From Podarcis melisellensis (Eukaryota), in the NCBI GenBank assembly GCA_964234715.1, contig OZ174280.1: a stretch of DNA of 64,000 nt; one strand, given 5' to 3'. Under the pieces are notes generated by a model. It had not been told where the DNA came from. It searched no databases and saw nothing but the letters and a program-made list of their open reading frames with translations. Positions 1 to 29,084 of the stretch are shown here, piece after piece. How positions within the stretch are numbered: the first letter of the stretch is position 1; each line of letters opens with the position of its first letter. The position numbers were made by a program, and so were the translations under genes.

Positions 1-242
1 ATTAAGGAACAAAAGAAGAAAAGGCACACTAGCCTGGGAACTTCCTCTCTGCCCAGAACATTGGAGGCTATACACCACACCCCCTCAACAGTATTTATAG
101 GAACTCAAACACTGAGATCCTGCTCTGTTCCAGTAACAAGAAGCCGAAAGCACCAGCCTGAAGATGACGAGTGAGACCTCGTCGAAACGTCGCCTAGACA
201 CCCCAACTTTTACACGGGAAGACACCCGAGGACACCAAAACC

Positions 243-245
<3 letters not shown>
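1..245 (+). mobile_element. Penelope-like element terminal (pLTR-type) remnant with hammerhead motif, followed by (TA)n
   Basis: CTGAAGATG-stem-CGAAACGTC is typical of PLE termini; CpG-rich relative to flanks; abuts a TA microsatellite. Confidence 0.6.
158..191 (+). ncRNA. Minimal type-I hammerhead ribozyme motif
   Basis: CUGAAGA(158-164), U, GACGAG(166-171), loop, CUCGUC(178-183), GAAA(184-187), CG, UC(190-191). Confidence 0.65.

Positions 246-297
<52 letters not shown>
246..297. repeat. (AT)n microsatellite
   Basis: Seen directly. Confidence 0.98.
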
Positions 298-299
<2 letters not shown>

Positions 300-1537
300 C
301 TGTTTGCACAATTTAAATCAGCTGCGCAGGCTTTATATGAGTTTTGCTTTGCATTTTCCTGTTTGGCTCCACTGATCAAGGCCTTTGCTACTCTCAGCCA
401 CCTCCACAATCTGTACTTTGTTGTTGACATTTGTGTAATTTAAGAAATTTAAAAGGGCAGCTTTCCTCCTGGCATTGCTTTCCCGAATTGTGTCCAATAG
501 CTGCTGAAGAGCATCTGTTAGCTTGTGTTGTTGTTTTTCTCCATCAGCAGATTGGGCCTGATGGATAGGTGCTCACCTCCCTCCTTTCCCTCCTCCCCTT
601 CCATTTCTTTTATAGCCTTAAGAAGCTGTCATTTACGTTGAAGCACGATTGTTAAATAGCCCCCACCCCGTTCCTGATTGATGGAGGCTTGAAATATACC
701 ATGTTAACAATGGAGAAGAAGCAGAAAAAGGAGAGATTGACTCACTCATTGCCATGAAAAGTGGCAGATTGGCTTTTTCAGAGATGACTCTCTAACTTCA
801 CCTCCACCCCCCCTCCCTCCATCTCCTCATTCTTCGTCTTCTGTCTCCCCAACTCCCTCTGCTCTCAAATGTTAAATTATTACATGGGGGGAATAATCTA
901 TTACACTTGGTCTACAGAGGCTCTCACGTACCAGTGGCTGGCTATCGTACCGGCATTAATCAGTTAAGAGACGCCAAAGAGCAAAAATGAGATGCTTGCC
1001 CACAGGCGCTCTCATTGTTTACCAGTCAGCCATAAATATTGACTCATAAATATGCAGGCCTCGTCTTACGTGAAAAAGTGAAATGACAGGTTCAGGAGAC
1101 GAGGGGATTTGTGAGCGGGACAGTCGAGATTGTGCAGCCTTTTAGGCACCAGCTAGATGTGAGGGTGGAAGGATGTGATTTGAAGTTAATTATGGCCAGG
1201 CAGGGGAAGGAAGCTGACATCCCTCTCCCCACTGTGCAAGAAATTAAAAATAGTATCAGGGATGCAGGGAAGCCTGGGCAAAGGGAGGGTATAGCGTCTT
1301 CTTCCCTCTGACTCATATTACATATTAAATTGCCACTTTATCCTGCGCAAGGAATGAATTGCATGGAAACTTGTTTCTTCTTTCTCCTCTTTTTTTTTTT
1401 AACAAAAAGAAAAATGACCGGAAAATCTGGTTTTAGTTGGGAGGACACCTTTCCGATGCCAAACATGGTGGTCGGTTATGCTCCAAACATGAGAGTAAAA
1501 AACAATTTGCAGTGGGTTTTAAAGAAACTTATTTAGC

Positions 1538-1710
1538 AGTCGAGAAAAAAAAATCCTTCCAGTAGCACCTTAGAGACCAATTCAGTTTGTTATTGGTATG
1601 AACTATGCATGCACACAAAAGTTCATACCAATAACAAACTTAGTTGGTCTCTAAGGTGCTACTAGAAGGAATTTTTTTAATTTTGTTTCGGCTACGGCAG
1701 ACCAACACCT
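1538..1710. mobile_element. Palindromic Penelope-derived element (inverted arms ~1555-1603 / 1621-1669)
   Basis: ccttccagtagcaccttagagaccaa...tttgttattggtatgaac mirrored by gttcataccaataacaaa...ttggtctctaaggtgctactagaagg. Confidence 0.7.
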
Positions 1711-1987
1711 GTTATTTAGCAGGGTGCACCCTGCATTATCAATTTGTTCTTTGTTTCTCAGCAATAGCCTACCCCTTCTGGCATCTTGTATCTAACTGTG
1801 GCCAGGGGAAAGAGAACTCAGATTATCAAGAGGAAGAATCTGCTTTGACCTCTAATATGCATTATATTAACATTCACCACGGAATGCCCTTCAGAATGTA
1901 TCCACTTCATTTTAAAGACTGTTGAGACTCTTTGAGAAACTGGCAAGATGACCACATAGCCCTGGGCTCCTTTGGAAGGAAGGGTAG

Positions 1988-1994
<7 letters not shown>

Positions 1995-2039
<45 letters not shown>
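1995..2039. repeat. (AAT)n microsatellite
   Basis: Seen directly. Confidence 0.95.
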
Positions 2040-2040
<1 letters not shown>

Positions 2041-4213
2041 TCATTTTCCTTACAAAAGTGACCCCAAACAACTTACATTAAAACAAAATAATAATAATGT
2101 AAAAAGAAAAACTCAGGTCTTGTGAGGTGAGTAAGCATGTCACATTATTTATCTAACAACATTTATATACCACTAAGTGGGGTTGTTGTTGTTGTTGCTG
2201 CTGCTGCCAGTTTTGACCTGGTCTTGCTGTTCTTAGTGTTGTTATGTATCTGACTTCACAAAGGACCATCACCTGAAGAACTGTCTGGTCCAAGTTCAGA
2301 TTAAAAGTTGGGGGCAGGATCCAACTAAAGTGTCCTGACAAGAGAAGCCCAGTGCAAGAACTTCCACATGTGCTTTGGGGCTTTCCCCGTTCTCCTCTGC
2401 CCATACACCTCCTGAAATTGGCTCTGCAGGGAGATCAGGTGAACGCCCAGAATGGCATGCAAGGAGAGGGAAGGGGATTATTCCTTCTGGCAGGCTGAAA
2501 TGCTTCCCCTGACAGAATGATCTCTGCAGTATCCTTCAAGTTGCCCACCGGCAGTTAGCATCTAGACAGCAGACTGAAAAGGTGCCTGATCACTCTTCCC
2601 CACAATTGTGAGGTGTACTGTAGTAATTATTTCTAAATTTGCATCTATGACTATCAATTTGCATGTATAAATCCCATGCAAATCTTTGACCTCTTTTTGG
2701 GCATTGCCCAGGTAGTCACCCTAGTTCTTGCTGTGTGTAGATACATTCACCTTTAAATTTAAAATGAATGAATACATACAGTTGGGAAATGGCCACTTTT
2801 TAAGGTTGCAAGGCTATTCTGGATAGCAGGCCCTATTGAACTTAATGGGACTTTCTTCTGAGTAAACATGCCTACAGTTGCACTGTTTAAATTCCACTCT
2901 GGCAGCAGACTTAGAGGTGAGCCCGCCAGAATCAAGTGCTGAAACTCTGATGGTCAAGTGATCAGTTCTGATGCAGTGCCAACATTGCCATGAAAGAGAA
3001 TGGCACATGAAAGCAGAGAAAGTGAGGAAGATAAATTGGAACAGAAGAACATGGTCCAGGATGAAAAATACATCTGGCATTTCTGTTCATTGAGGATACA
3101 CAACATTTTTGCAATGCCATTGCTAGGGTTCTGTGTTACCTGAGTTCTAATAGGCAGGAATTCCTTGCATGAGATCGCCAGTCCTTCAGCTACTGTAGCA
3201 GAGCCTGGCGTGCTTCTTTCAGGTTTGTAGTGGAGCAATAAATAGATATAAATTCCCTCCGGGAGGTTGAGGTGGGGTGAGAGAAAATATGTTCCTCCTA
3301 CTGCAGTGCAGTGGATTCTTTTAATCTTTAGGGCTTCCTTTGGGGACACCTTCGGCATGCACACATGAGTCCAGTATAGGATTGTTGTATCCCAATTCTT
3401 CTCCCTCTCCCTGCTGTCCTGCCCAGAATCGGAGTGGCCTAATTTGCATGTGCAAATGGACTGCTAACTCTTCAGATCAGAAACATTAACGGGGTATTTT
3501 CTGTGACCTGCTTTTTATTTTTTTTCTTGGCATTTGGCCCAGACCTTTGGGGAAGGATAGATGGACCTGATCTCATGTCAGGAAAAAAGTGTGTTCTTGG
3601 GTTTTGCATGCTCTTTGGAATTATTATGATGCTTTCTGATGACAAAACTAGAATAAGAAATTGAGAGGTGAGTACTATTTTGACTCTGCGAAAGCCCTGT
3701 TGATCATGTACCAATCTTCGCATGCATTCCTTAAGGTTTCCATTTGTAGTCATGTTCATGCAGGATTTAAGGCACTTAGATGTGAATTGTTCTCAGTCTA
3801 TTAATGATCCTTTTTGACTTCAAAACCTAAGTGCAAGTGGTAGAATTAGGACTATGCCACTAGATGCATGTTCCTCTGAGGTACTAACCACAACTAATTG
3901 TGTTCATTTTATCTAATTATAAATATGTGGCTAGTGAAGAAGATTCAGAGTTGGAACATGTTTGGCTGCTTCATTATTAAGGAGCACTTGTTTTGACATG
4001 CTTCATTAGGCATTGGGCCTTCATAAGGTTATAAGAGTGCAGTTTTAATAATCTATTTTTTAAAAAATGAGCTGAAATAAGCAAATGCTTCCATGCCTAC
4101 TTCATCATATGTAAGAAGCTATTTCTCAGTGTCGTTCTTAGTACTCTGTCAAATAGTGTAGAGCAACTATCATTGTGCCTATATTTTTTCAGTGACCCTC
4201 AAGAGTAGCCAAG

Positions 4214-20228
<16,015 letters not shown>

Positions 20229-23200
20229 GCAGCTCCATACCCCAGCATCACCTTCTGAACATTCAAAGTGATCCAGAGCTATCAATACCTCAGTTAGGCA
20301 ACTTTTGGTTTCTGTTCCGTTCTGTTTTCTAAGCTGCAATACCCTTTCTTTGATGGCTGTAGAGGGATTCTGGATGAACTCGAGAGCATCCAGAGGGGGG
20401 AAGGTTTAAAGACACAGCTGTTCCTTTCGCATTCTTCAAAGTAGTTTTGTCTGCTGCATGTTCCATCGTCTCTCTGTGTCGTTCTCTTCAAGCGCAAAGC
20501 AAGCTTCGTTCTTGGGTTTCTCCCCAAGACCACCATGAATAGCAGCACAAAGCAAGCTTTGCTTTTACTCGCTTTGGGATCTTCTTCCTTAAATTGGACC
20601 TTTGAAAACCATGCTTGGATGATACCAGAGCCTGACAATGTGAGTTGACCAGATACACTGTGCTTGCTTTGGAAGACAGCAAGGTGCACGAAGTGGTGCT
20701 CTTGGGAACCATACGAGCATCCTCACACTTCGAGATTGGTGGCCTTCAGCCATTGGCCACCTAGCAGAGAGGACAAGGAGCAACTCTGGCACTGGAACAT
20801 TCCTGATTATGTGGATAGCTGGTGGCTTAAGTCTCTTTGGTGAGGGGAGTGTGGTTTTGAGCATACAAATTACCTAATGCTAATTGCCCTGTATTATCTA
20901 GGTAATGCAGTCGGTCTTCTGCTCCCTTATAGTTTTCAGTTCTTGAGTAGAACAGTGGAGTGGTACTAGGAGATTATTGGAGTGCAATAACTGCACTTGC
21001 GAGTTGCCACTCTTCTGTCTTAAGTGCAGGGCAGAGCATAAAACACACTTTGTTTTTGAAGGACAGCACCACGGGATATTTATGCTAGTAGCCTTACCAT
21101 GTGGAAATTAGAAGGCCCAGCCCTGCAGGTAAGTCAACTTCTAGATAGCGGTGTTAAACTGGGTGCATAGTGGAAAACGGTAGCAAGAACGTCAATGCAG
21201 CTTTGAGACCTGAAGAAAACGGCAGCCCTGGGTTGGTTTGCATACAGTTCTCATCCTGCCTTGCACTGCCATCTCTCTTTTGTGGACACAGCAACCTAAA
21301 TCTGATGAGATGTAGAGATATTTAGCTGGAAGGTTAATTTGCGTCCATATGTCAGTGGTAAGGCACGTGCATTGTATGCAAAAAGATCCCAGGTTCCACC
21401 CATTGTGCCCTCAAGTATCACTGGGAATGTCCTCTGTCTGGAGAGCCGCTGCCCATCTGAGTAGACAGCACTGGGATAGGTGGCCTGACTCAGTATAAGA
21501 CAGTTTCCTACATTCCTAACATCTTAAGGATTTTTTTCAGCCAAAGGCGTATGGGAAGTACCTGTGTTTTTTTCTAATGCTCTGATGATCTGATAGAGGG
21601 GAAGAGCAGGTAGGACAAGCAGATTTGCAAAAAGGCCTACAGAATGCTGTATTGATCTTAGATTAATTTATCTAATTTCTCAATTAGGAGAGTTGAAGCA
21701 GTTTTCGGCTGGGAGCCTTCTCCCCCACCCCCCACCCCCGCATCGTCGCTCTTGGCTAGTAGAGGGAGCATTGTGCATGTTCGAGTTTAGAGGGAAAGCG
21801 AATCCATTCCAACCTAAGGACCAAAGATGCACCAAAGGCAGCAGCATCTCCTGTTCTATATAATATTGTCCAGCTGCCAAAAACATTTATGGTTTCTTTG
21901 CTGATCCCAGAGGGATAAGCCATATTATCTTTGCTACCTAGTGTTTGCATTGATCCCTGAAGGGCCTGCCTGTTTCATTTGTTGCACCAGATACCAATGT
22001 CTTGGACCTATTGACTCCCTGTTCAGGTTGTTGGAGCAGGAAGGATGTAGACACTGGCACCACTCCCAGCAGTGAATGTGGGCCTGATGCTTTTATGTTT
22101 GCCTTGGTTGTGTTCCATTTAGTCACCATGGTGGTCCTCGGACCTTTTGGTGCTGATTGGGGGGAAAACAGATTCTAGCTACGAAGATGGTTGAGCAAGG
22201 CTCAGGCTTTATACAAGTTGCAGATTCAGGGAGCAAAAGGCCTCAAAAAACTGTCCTGTGAGGGCAAAATATTTAGCCAAGGAAGATCTCTTGTGCAAGC
22301 TTCTTCATTGGCTTAGCTTGGACCAAATCAGTCCTGCTTACCATGATCATTTTAATATTTTGGCTGCACAGCCAAATAGCAACTTATACTTTTGTGTTTG
22401 TAGGAATAGACAGAGAGAGAGAGAGCGAGCACTGGTGGAGTTCTGAGCATGCAGAATAAGGCAGTCCTTGTGCTTCAGCAGCCTCTGTGGCAATAATGTC
22501 TCCCTTCCTATTCTGGCCACCAAGGCAAGACTTAAGTACCAATATTGGCTTTAAGGTTCTCAGCTGCCTGTCAGCCACCTGTAAGGAATTCTGAGCTTGA
22601 AAGAACAGCTTGGCTAATGCAGACAAAGCATAGGGTTCTTGGGTGTTGTATGCTGACCTCCCATGGGTTGTAGGGTTCTTTGAATTCTTCGTTTCTCAGC
22701 TAGCTAGGATTAGGCCTCAGGTCTAGCTGGGCGGCAATAGCCATCTCTCTGTTTTGTGCCATTCCAGCCCACAGATGAGAACTGAATGTTCCTCCATATA
22801 CAAAAACGAAACAAGAATCCTGCCGTGTAGAAAACTAGCATGACAGAAGGCATCTCCTTTGTTGGTTTGTTTGTACGGAGGAGCATTCCATTGTGTGATC
22901 TTCCCCTTTCAATCTCAAATGGTACAGCCCAGAAACTAGCCCTTAGAAATAGGTTGTTCTTGCTCAAATGGGCCATTGCAAGCAGTCATTCATGTACAGA
23001 CAGAATTAAACCACTTTGGTTGTAGGGGTGAGTAAATACCTTGATGTTAATGCACTTTGGGCCTTGGCTCTGCTTCTTTTTCCTTCCTCACCAACTTTAC
23101 TACAGAGATGGAAAAGGAGAGCCATCACCAGCTGCTTAAAAATGCTCTAGAAATATGAAGAAAAGAAATGGGAGGGACTCTTTAAAGGTCTTCAGCATGC

Positions 23201-26200
23201 TTCCCTGCAAGCTTCCTTCTTGGATTAATCAAACCTAAAAAGCTACAATTGCAGCCCTGTCCACTCTGCACATTGCTACCATGGTATCACCACCTGTGGG
23301 TTGTGCTCCTAAGCCCCATGAAGTGAGACCTGGGTTTATTTATTAATCAGACCTGCAGGACCATATGCAATAGTGCCTATGCTTAATCAGAAAAAAGATC
23401 ACTGCAGCATCTCTTAAAAGATAGCTTTGGTACTGGTTTGTTCTTTTTTAAAAAAAACAAAAACAAATATATCCATCCCCACTAAAGGGTACATTAAATT
23501 TGTTCCCGATTAAGGGTAGATAAAATTTGTGCCTCTCTTAGCTTTTAATGCTGCCACTGGCAAAGATAGGGTTTTAAGGCATCCTTGCAGAAGGATGTCC
23601 TTGTGGAGTTCTGAATCTGTCCATGAGATTCTTCTTCTTAACCTAGACATGGCACCATCCCTAATCAGATGCCATCACAACAGCACCACAGTAGTGCCAG
23701 GAAGTCCCAATAGCAGAGGGAAGGATCACATGTTTCTGTCCACAAAGATCAAAAGGTGCCTTTGCAGGTTGTAAGCATGATGGAATAATGAGCTCTTCAT
23801 CCCGCAGAGATTCTCATGAGGTTCTGCAATGTCCTGCTTTCTTAAATAGTGGGTGAGCACTGGAATCTATGGGTGCGCGCGCATTTGTGCCAGTGTGCCA
23901 GTCTTTGTGTAGAGTTCCTCGTCACTGCAGGCATCTATACATTTGGATAAAGGCTGCCAAACCAATTTGTATTATTTTGTTACAGTGAATTACAGTGCTA
24001 ATTATCTTCCCAGGTTATGCTTCTTTTGCCTCCTCTTACCTACAGCTGTAGAACCTGACGCCAGTTCTCTCCCAGATCCACCATCGTTTGGTGGGATTAC
24101 TTTGCTTTGATCTGCAAAATACTAACATTTATAACTGTTTCTAGTGCAGAAGCCCTGTTAAGTCTGTTGCAAGGAGAGCAGCAAAGAGTCTTGTTTCACC
24201 TTTAAAGCCCAATACATTTATTATGGTGCAAACAAATATATACCATAATATAAATTTTGTTGATTTGCAACTGTGTGATGTATTATGTAAAGCTTACAAA
24301 TGTCACTTCCTTCCCTGGATTGGCAATTCATGCTTCTAAGCAGTGTCACTTGAGGCTTACCGCTTCTTAATTCACACTAAAGAAAGGGGTGCGTGTGGGT
24401 GTGGGTGGCAGAATCTATGTGGCACTCCAAATTGCCTCATTGACAATCATGCAATGGCTGCAAAATTCATAAAGCTGCCTTTTTGTGAATGGAAAGTACT
24501 GGAATCCAGCAGAGGCTCTTGCTGAAAGGAATTGGGGCAACTTTCACCATTCCCCATCTTCCATGTCATCTGGAAGAGCTTTTCAGGATGAAGTCATCCT
24601 GGCCTCCTGCAGTCTTGAATGGAATTCTGCTTGTGGGAAGTCTGGATCCAGCTCATAGCTTAAATTTACCTTGAGTTAGCATTTATATTGCCAATTCACA
24701 TGTGGCTATAAAGGTGATGTCTACGTAAACAGATGGAAGTAAGATACAAAGTAATCTATAGCCTCATAATAAGATACTGTGAATGTGGATGCATATATCT
24801 ATTGATATTTCAAGAGGCATGTAGACAGTTTGTGAGGGCTCAGGTGAGCATTGCATTGAAGATGCCTCCATATCAATAGTGGTTATGGGCATAGATTAAT
24901 GTTACTGAATTAGAACAAATATGTTTGAAGAATTTGATTTTTTGCAAGCAAAAAGGATCAGACTGCACTGCAAAATGGCAAGATCGCCACACAAACCCAG
25001 TTTTGTTAATCATCTCCTGCTGATAAACGATCCAGGGTGTCCTCTTTGAAACCAATGATGTGGAAATATTAGCACTAAGAACCAGGTCAGAACACACAGC
25101 CATTAATGAATGGTGTCTCCAACTTATACAGTTTAAAATGGGGGAGCAGTAACTTTAATACACAATATAAATGTATTTTGGTTTTAATTTCTTTTTCTAT
25201 AAAGGGGGAGAAAAGTGAACCAACTCAAGCCATCTGAGCCTCATCCTAATCCCATCATTTGTGTGTACTTATATATAAAATGATATAGAGATCTATTAAC
25301 ATAAACGAAACCCTCTTGTAAGCAATGCATGATGCCTAGCCAGTATGTAAGTAGCAGCAGCATGCAACGAGCAGAATCCATAGACCATGTGTGTCATTGC
25401 CCATTTTCTAGAATACAGTCAGGCTACAGAGTTATTTTTAAAATGTGGTGTGAATGAATTTATTTTACCTAATAAGATGGGGGGGAGGGGACTGTAAAAA
25501 AATAAATAAGAGAGAGTGGTTGTAACAATGTAAGTTTATTTTCAATAAAAAGTAATAATTTTTTTAATAAAAAAAGCAACAAAGCATGCCTGATCCATTT
25601 AAAAAAATATTCATAGAAGCGTTGTATGGGGTGGGGTGGGGGATACAACACCAACAATATGGCAGTGGATTTCATCAGTGTGTTGTAATCTATATTTACA
25701 AAACTGTAACTTGTTGCATTTTTACCATGTCCTAGTAGCAGCAACATTGCCGCTTCAATGTTCTGTGTCGTGCTGAAGCATTTCACTGTTGAAGCAAATT
25801 TAGAAGCCATATTAGATCACAGGCTGCCAGGATCCTGAAACTGGGATTGGCTGACAGGTGATCCCCAGTCTCTCCTCTCCCTTGCTAATGTTTCCCCGCC
25901 TCTGTCTTTGTCTATCGTGCTGTCCATGTCTTATGTTATTCCTGGGGACGTTTGTGCATGACAGAGACCCAACTTGGAGGCTGTGGCTTCACTTTGGGTT
26001 GGAGCTCTGAAGGAAAGCCGTCAAGTATAGGCCTTTCGACACTGGCTGCGAATAACATCGTTCTGACGTTCTTTCTTGCTCAACAGTCAGGATTAGCTTC
26101 AGCATTTGAGGCAGCCATTCAAGGATCATAACACCCTGGCAGATCACATCAGTGCTGGTGTCTCTATTAACCCTCTTGTCCACCCATCTTCCCCAGTTGA

Positions 26201-27710
26201 AGGCTTATCCGGTGGCAGTGGATGGATCTGGGAAGACCACTGTTAATACTTTCCCATGATGCCCTGGAACACCCAACATAGCATTATGGGAAATTTCAAT
26301 GGTTCTTAGCCACCTCAACTGCTACCAGATAAGCCAATAATTTTTCTTAAACACCACAATTGGAGTTTTTAAAACCACAATTGGAGCAGTGGGCAGGCAT
26401 GGGGAAAGTCTATAGTTCCTGTATCAGCATGATGTGTTCATCTAGAGCAGGAGCACCCTCTGGGTGTTTTCAGACTCCCAACTCCATCAGTCTCAGCCAC
26501 CTTGAGCTGTAGTCCAGTAATGGCTGGATGACACCGTGCCCAGAGGAAGTTTTGGGTAGTGGATGGGAAGGATTCAAAGGGAGTAGTGCTCACCTTGGGG
26601 AGGAGAATAGGAAGTGGGATAGTTTATTTCAAGCTAGGCCAGACAGCGACCCTGTTTAGGCAAAACTCTCACATCTTCTTTGAATGCATGTTTAGCAGAA
26701 CAGGAAGGGGCACACCTGCATTGGCTGTGAACCCCCAACATGCAGTTAAAAGTCTGAACATGGCCCATCGATACATGGCAGGGCTTCACAGGAATCTTAT
26801 CTGGTCAAGCATTTCCCATTGTGTGTTCACTGCCAGTGAGCTTTTGTCTGAACAAGGGGCTGTCTGTGGGAAAAAAGGAAAATGGTGGCATCCTCAAGCA
26901 ATGAGATTGCTGGGGCCCTTTAGGCTACTTCTGTAACACCCAGTTCTGAAAGGAATTATAGGACTATTTTTTGAAAAAGCCGCTGTTCCAAGCGATTGTT
27001 GATCCAAGTTTTCTGGCCACAGCACCACTCCATGAGGCATGTGTTGTCAATGAGCTTGGCAAAAAAACAACAACATAGTGTGAACTGGGCTTTATCTCAG
27101 CTTATCACCAGCACTATAAAACTGCAGGATGACATCAAAAAAGCGGCAGGTAGCAGGAACGTTATGGATGGAGTACAGATTTGGACATGATGACCCAGGT
27201 CACAGCAGGCTGCTAAAATCTGCTCCTATCCTTCATGCAGGTGTATAGCGCAATGTGGCAAAGTGGGATTGTTAAAGGCAGCACTTCAAGGAACAGTTTG
27301 AAAAGTTGTCAAGTCCATTTGAGGGGTGGCAGATATACAGAACATAAACTCAAGAGGTGGCCTAGGTGATACACACCCACACATCCAAAAAAGGCCAGAG
27401 AAAGGCTTCAGACCTTTGATATTCTGAGGCAAGGCGTTTGCTTCCTTTGCCTCCTCTTCCAGCCAGGCCCTCTGTCACATACAAACGTCCTGAACCAACT
27501 CATTTCTTGGCCCCACTTCATTCCCACCATTTCTGGTGCAGCCTGAGCTCTGCAGCACTGACCTCCAACCCCCAACCCTCTCTGCAGGAAGCTGCTTTTA
27601 ATGCTCCCTTTCCTGTCCTCATGTGGACCGTTTCTGTCTCTATTGTTAAATTGTTATTTTGTAATGATATGCGTCTCCTTATTAAAGAAACTAGCTGAAA
27701 GACCCAGCCG
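20229..27710 (+). other. SYT2: Probable long SYT2 3'UTR; candidate poly(A) signals AATAAA 25501-25506 and 25544-25549, distal ATTAAA 27681-27686
   Basis: AU/GU-rich, repeat-poor UTR-like sequence with hexamers seen directly; the true end is inferred. Confidence 0.55.
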
Positions 27711-27989
27711 TTCTCTGTTTTCCTGTTATTTACATAAGTGCATTTTTCTTAATAGGAATACTTATTGGATCTCAGAATTAAGAGAGACTCAGCTGGAGGA
27801 CAAAGTCCCTTTATAGAAGAGGGAATTTTGGCAGAGATCCCATGTTCAAAAGAAATCAGTGGATAGTGAGGGGAGAACCGTCCCTGTTTGCATTTTCAAA
27901 ACAACTTACACAGTAGAAACATCCAACAGGCAAATCAGTGATTTAAGTGTCAGGCGTCATACCTTTCTCATGGAGTCATCTCATCCAGT

Positions 27990-28265
27990 GTTGTCGTCAT
28001 CTTCTTTGACAATCACTTGTAGCTGAAGAAGATTGTCTTCCATGAATATGGTCTTAACAGTGTGTCCATAGATGACTGTGGAGGCCAATTTTGGATCTGC
28101 ACATCTTTCCACAGTGGGGACATAGGTTTCCGGGTAGGAGTTGATAGCGGTGAGGATTTGCCAAACGTGCCTTCCTCTTAGCTCGTTTCTCCCTTTCATC
28201 CCAAGTTCGTGCTTCAAAATCCTTGATGCCTTTGGTCAAGGCTGCTCTCCAATTGCAGCGCTCAT
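27990..28265 (-). mobile_element. RTE-clade LINE 3' fragment with C-terminal C2H2 zinc finger
   Basis: WRAALTKGIKDFE...KRAKRKAR...CPHCGKMCRSKIGLHSHLWTH*. Confidence 0.75.
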
Positions 28266-28660
28266 AGGGAGTCATTCCATCTATTACATCCACTGTTATA
28301 GAATTCTGCACTGTACCAATGCAGACTGCAGGGGAGATCCTATTAATGCTCTTCCCATATTAGCAATTTTTGAAAAGGCCATGGAGCAAACTATCAGGGA
28401 AAAAGGACTGACCTTTGCCCAGTGGCTAATTTGCTATATGCAGGCAGCTTTTAATTGTTATGGGGAGGGGGGCTGGTGGGGGGGCACTGAAGACTTCATT
28501 AATCTAATGACAAAATAGTTTCAAAATAATTGAAAATCCTCACAACAGGGCATAAAATGTAGCTTCTGTTCTATTCATTTCTAAAAAGTATGTGTTGGCA
28601 AACATTCAACTCAAGCAAAGGCTTTCCACTTTTTAGTCAATTTCAACTCCCATGTATGGA

Positions 28661-28722
28661 AGGTAAATGTAAAGGGACCCCTGACCATTAGGTCCAGTCA
28701 TGGCCCACTCTAGGGTTGCGAC
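28661..28722 (-). mobile_element. Sauria SINE 3'-end fragment
   Basis: aggtaaa..taaagggacccctgaccattaggtccagtc is identical to the end of the 39.2 kb copy. Confidence 0.8.
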
Positions 28723-29084
28723 GTTAGCCATTAGATATAAAAACGTGGCATACTGCCATTGTTTCAGTGACATGTCTCTTTATACCAGTTCAATAGCCCC
28801 TTCATATTGTCCTGGTCCATATTTCCAATGGCAAGGAAATGTAGCAAATGCTAAGTTAAGAGGGATGATAGGATCTACATCACTTGGATCCTCATGCAGT
28901 TTCATTGAGACTTTCACGTGTTGCCATTATTTTCGGCCACTGCATCAAGTTTCCCATCTGACTAAGACAAATGTCACCTTAGTTCAAAGTAGAGCAAACA
29001 TTCATGAGGAGATGGGGAAACTTCTACTTCCCCCAGTGACTCACCAAAGCATCCTGAGACCATGCTCTCGCTATTAAGATAGAC

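Noticed and set aside
85-430. ORFs with IYIYIY runs
   Set aside because: Translation of the (AT)n microsatellite.
26354-26387. Short tandem duplications (accacaattggag x2; similar ones at ~41689-41722 and ~46322-46356)
   Set aside because: Ordinary slippage duplications with no further structure.
28054-28311. C2H2 zinc-finger ORF as a host gene
   Set aside because: Matches the C-terminus of an RTE LINE ORF; 5'-truncated with no exon structure.
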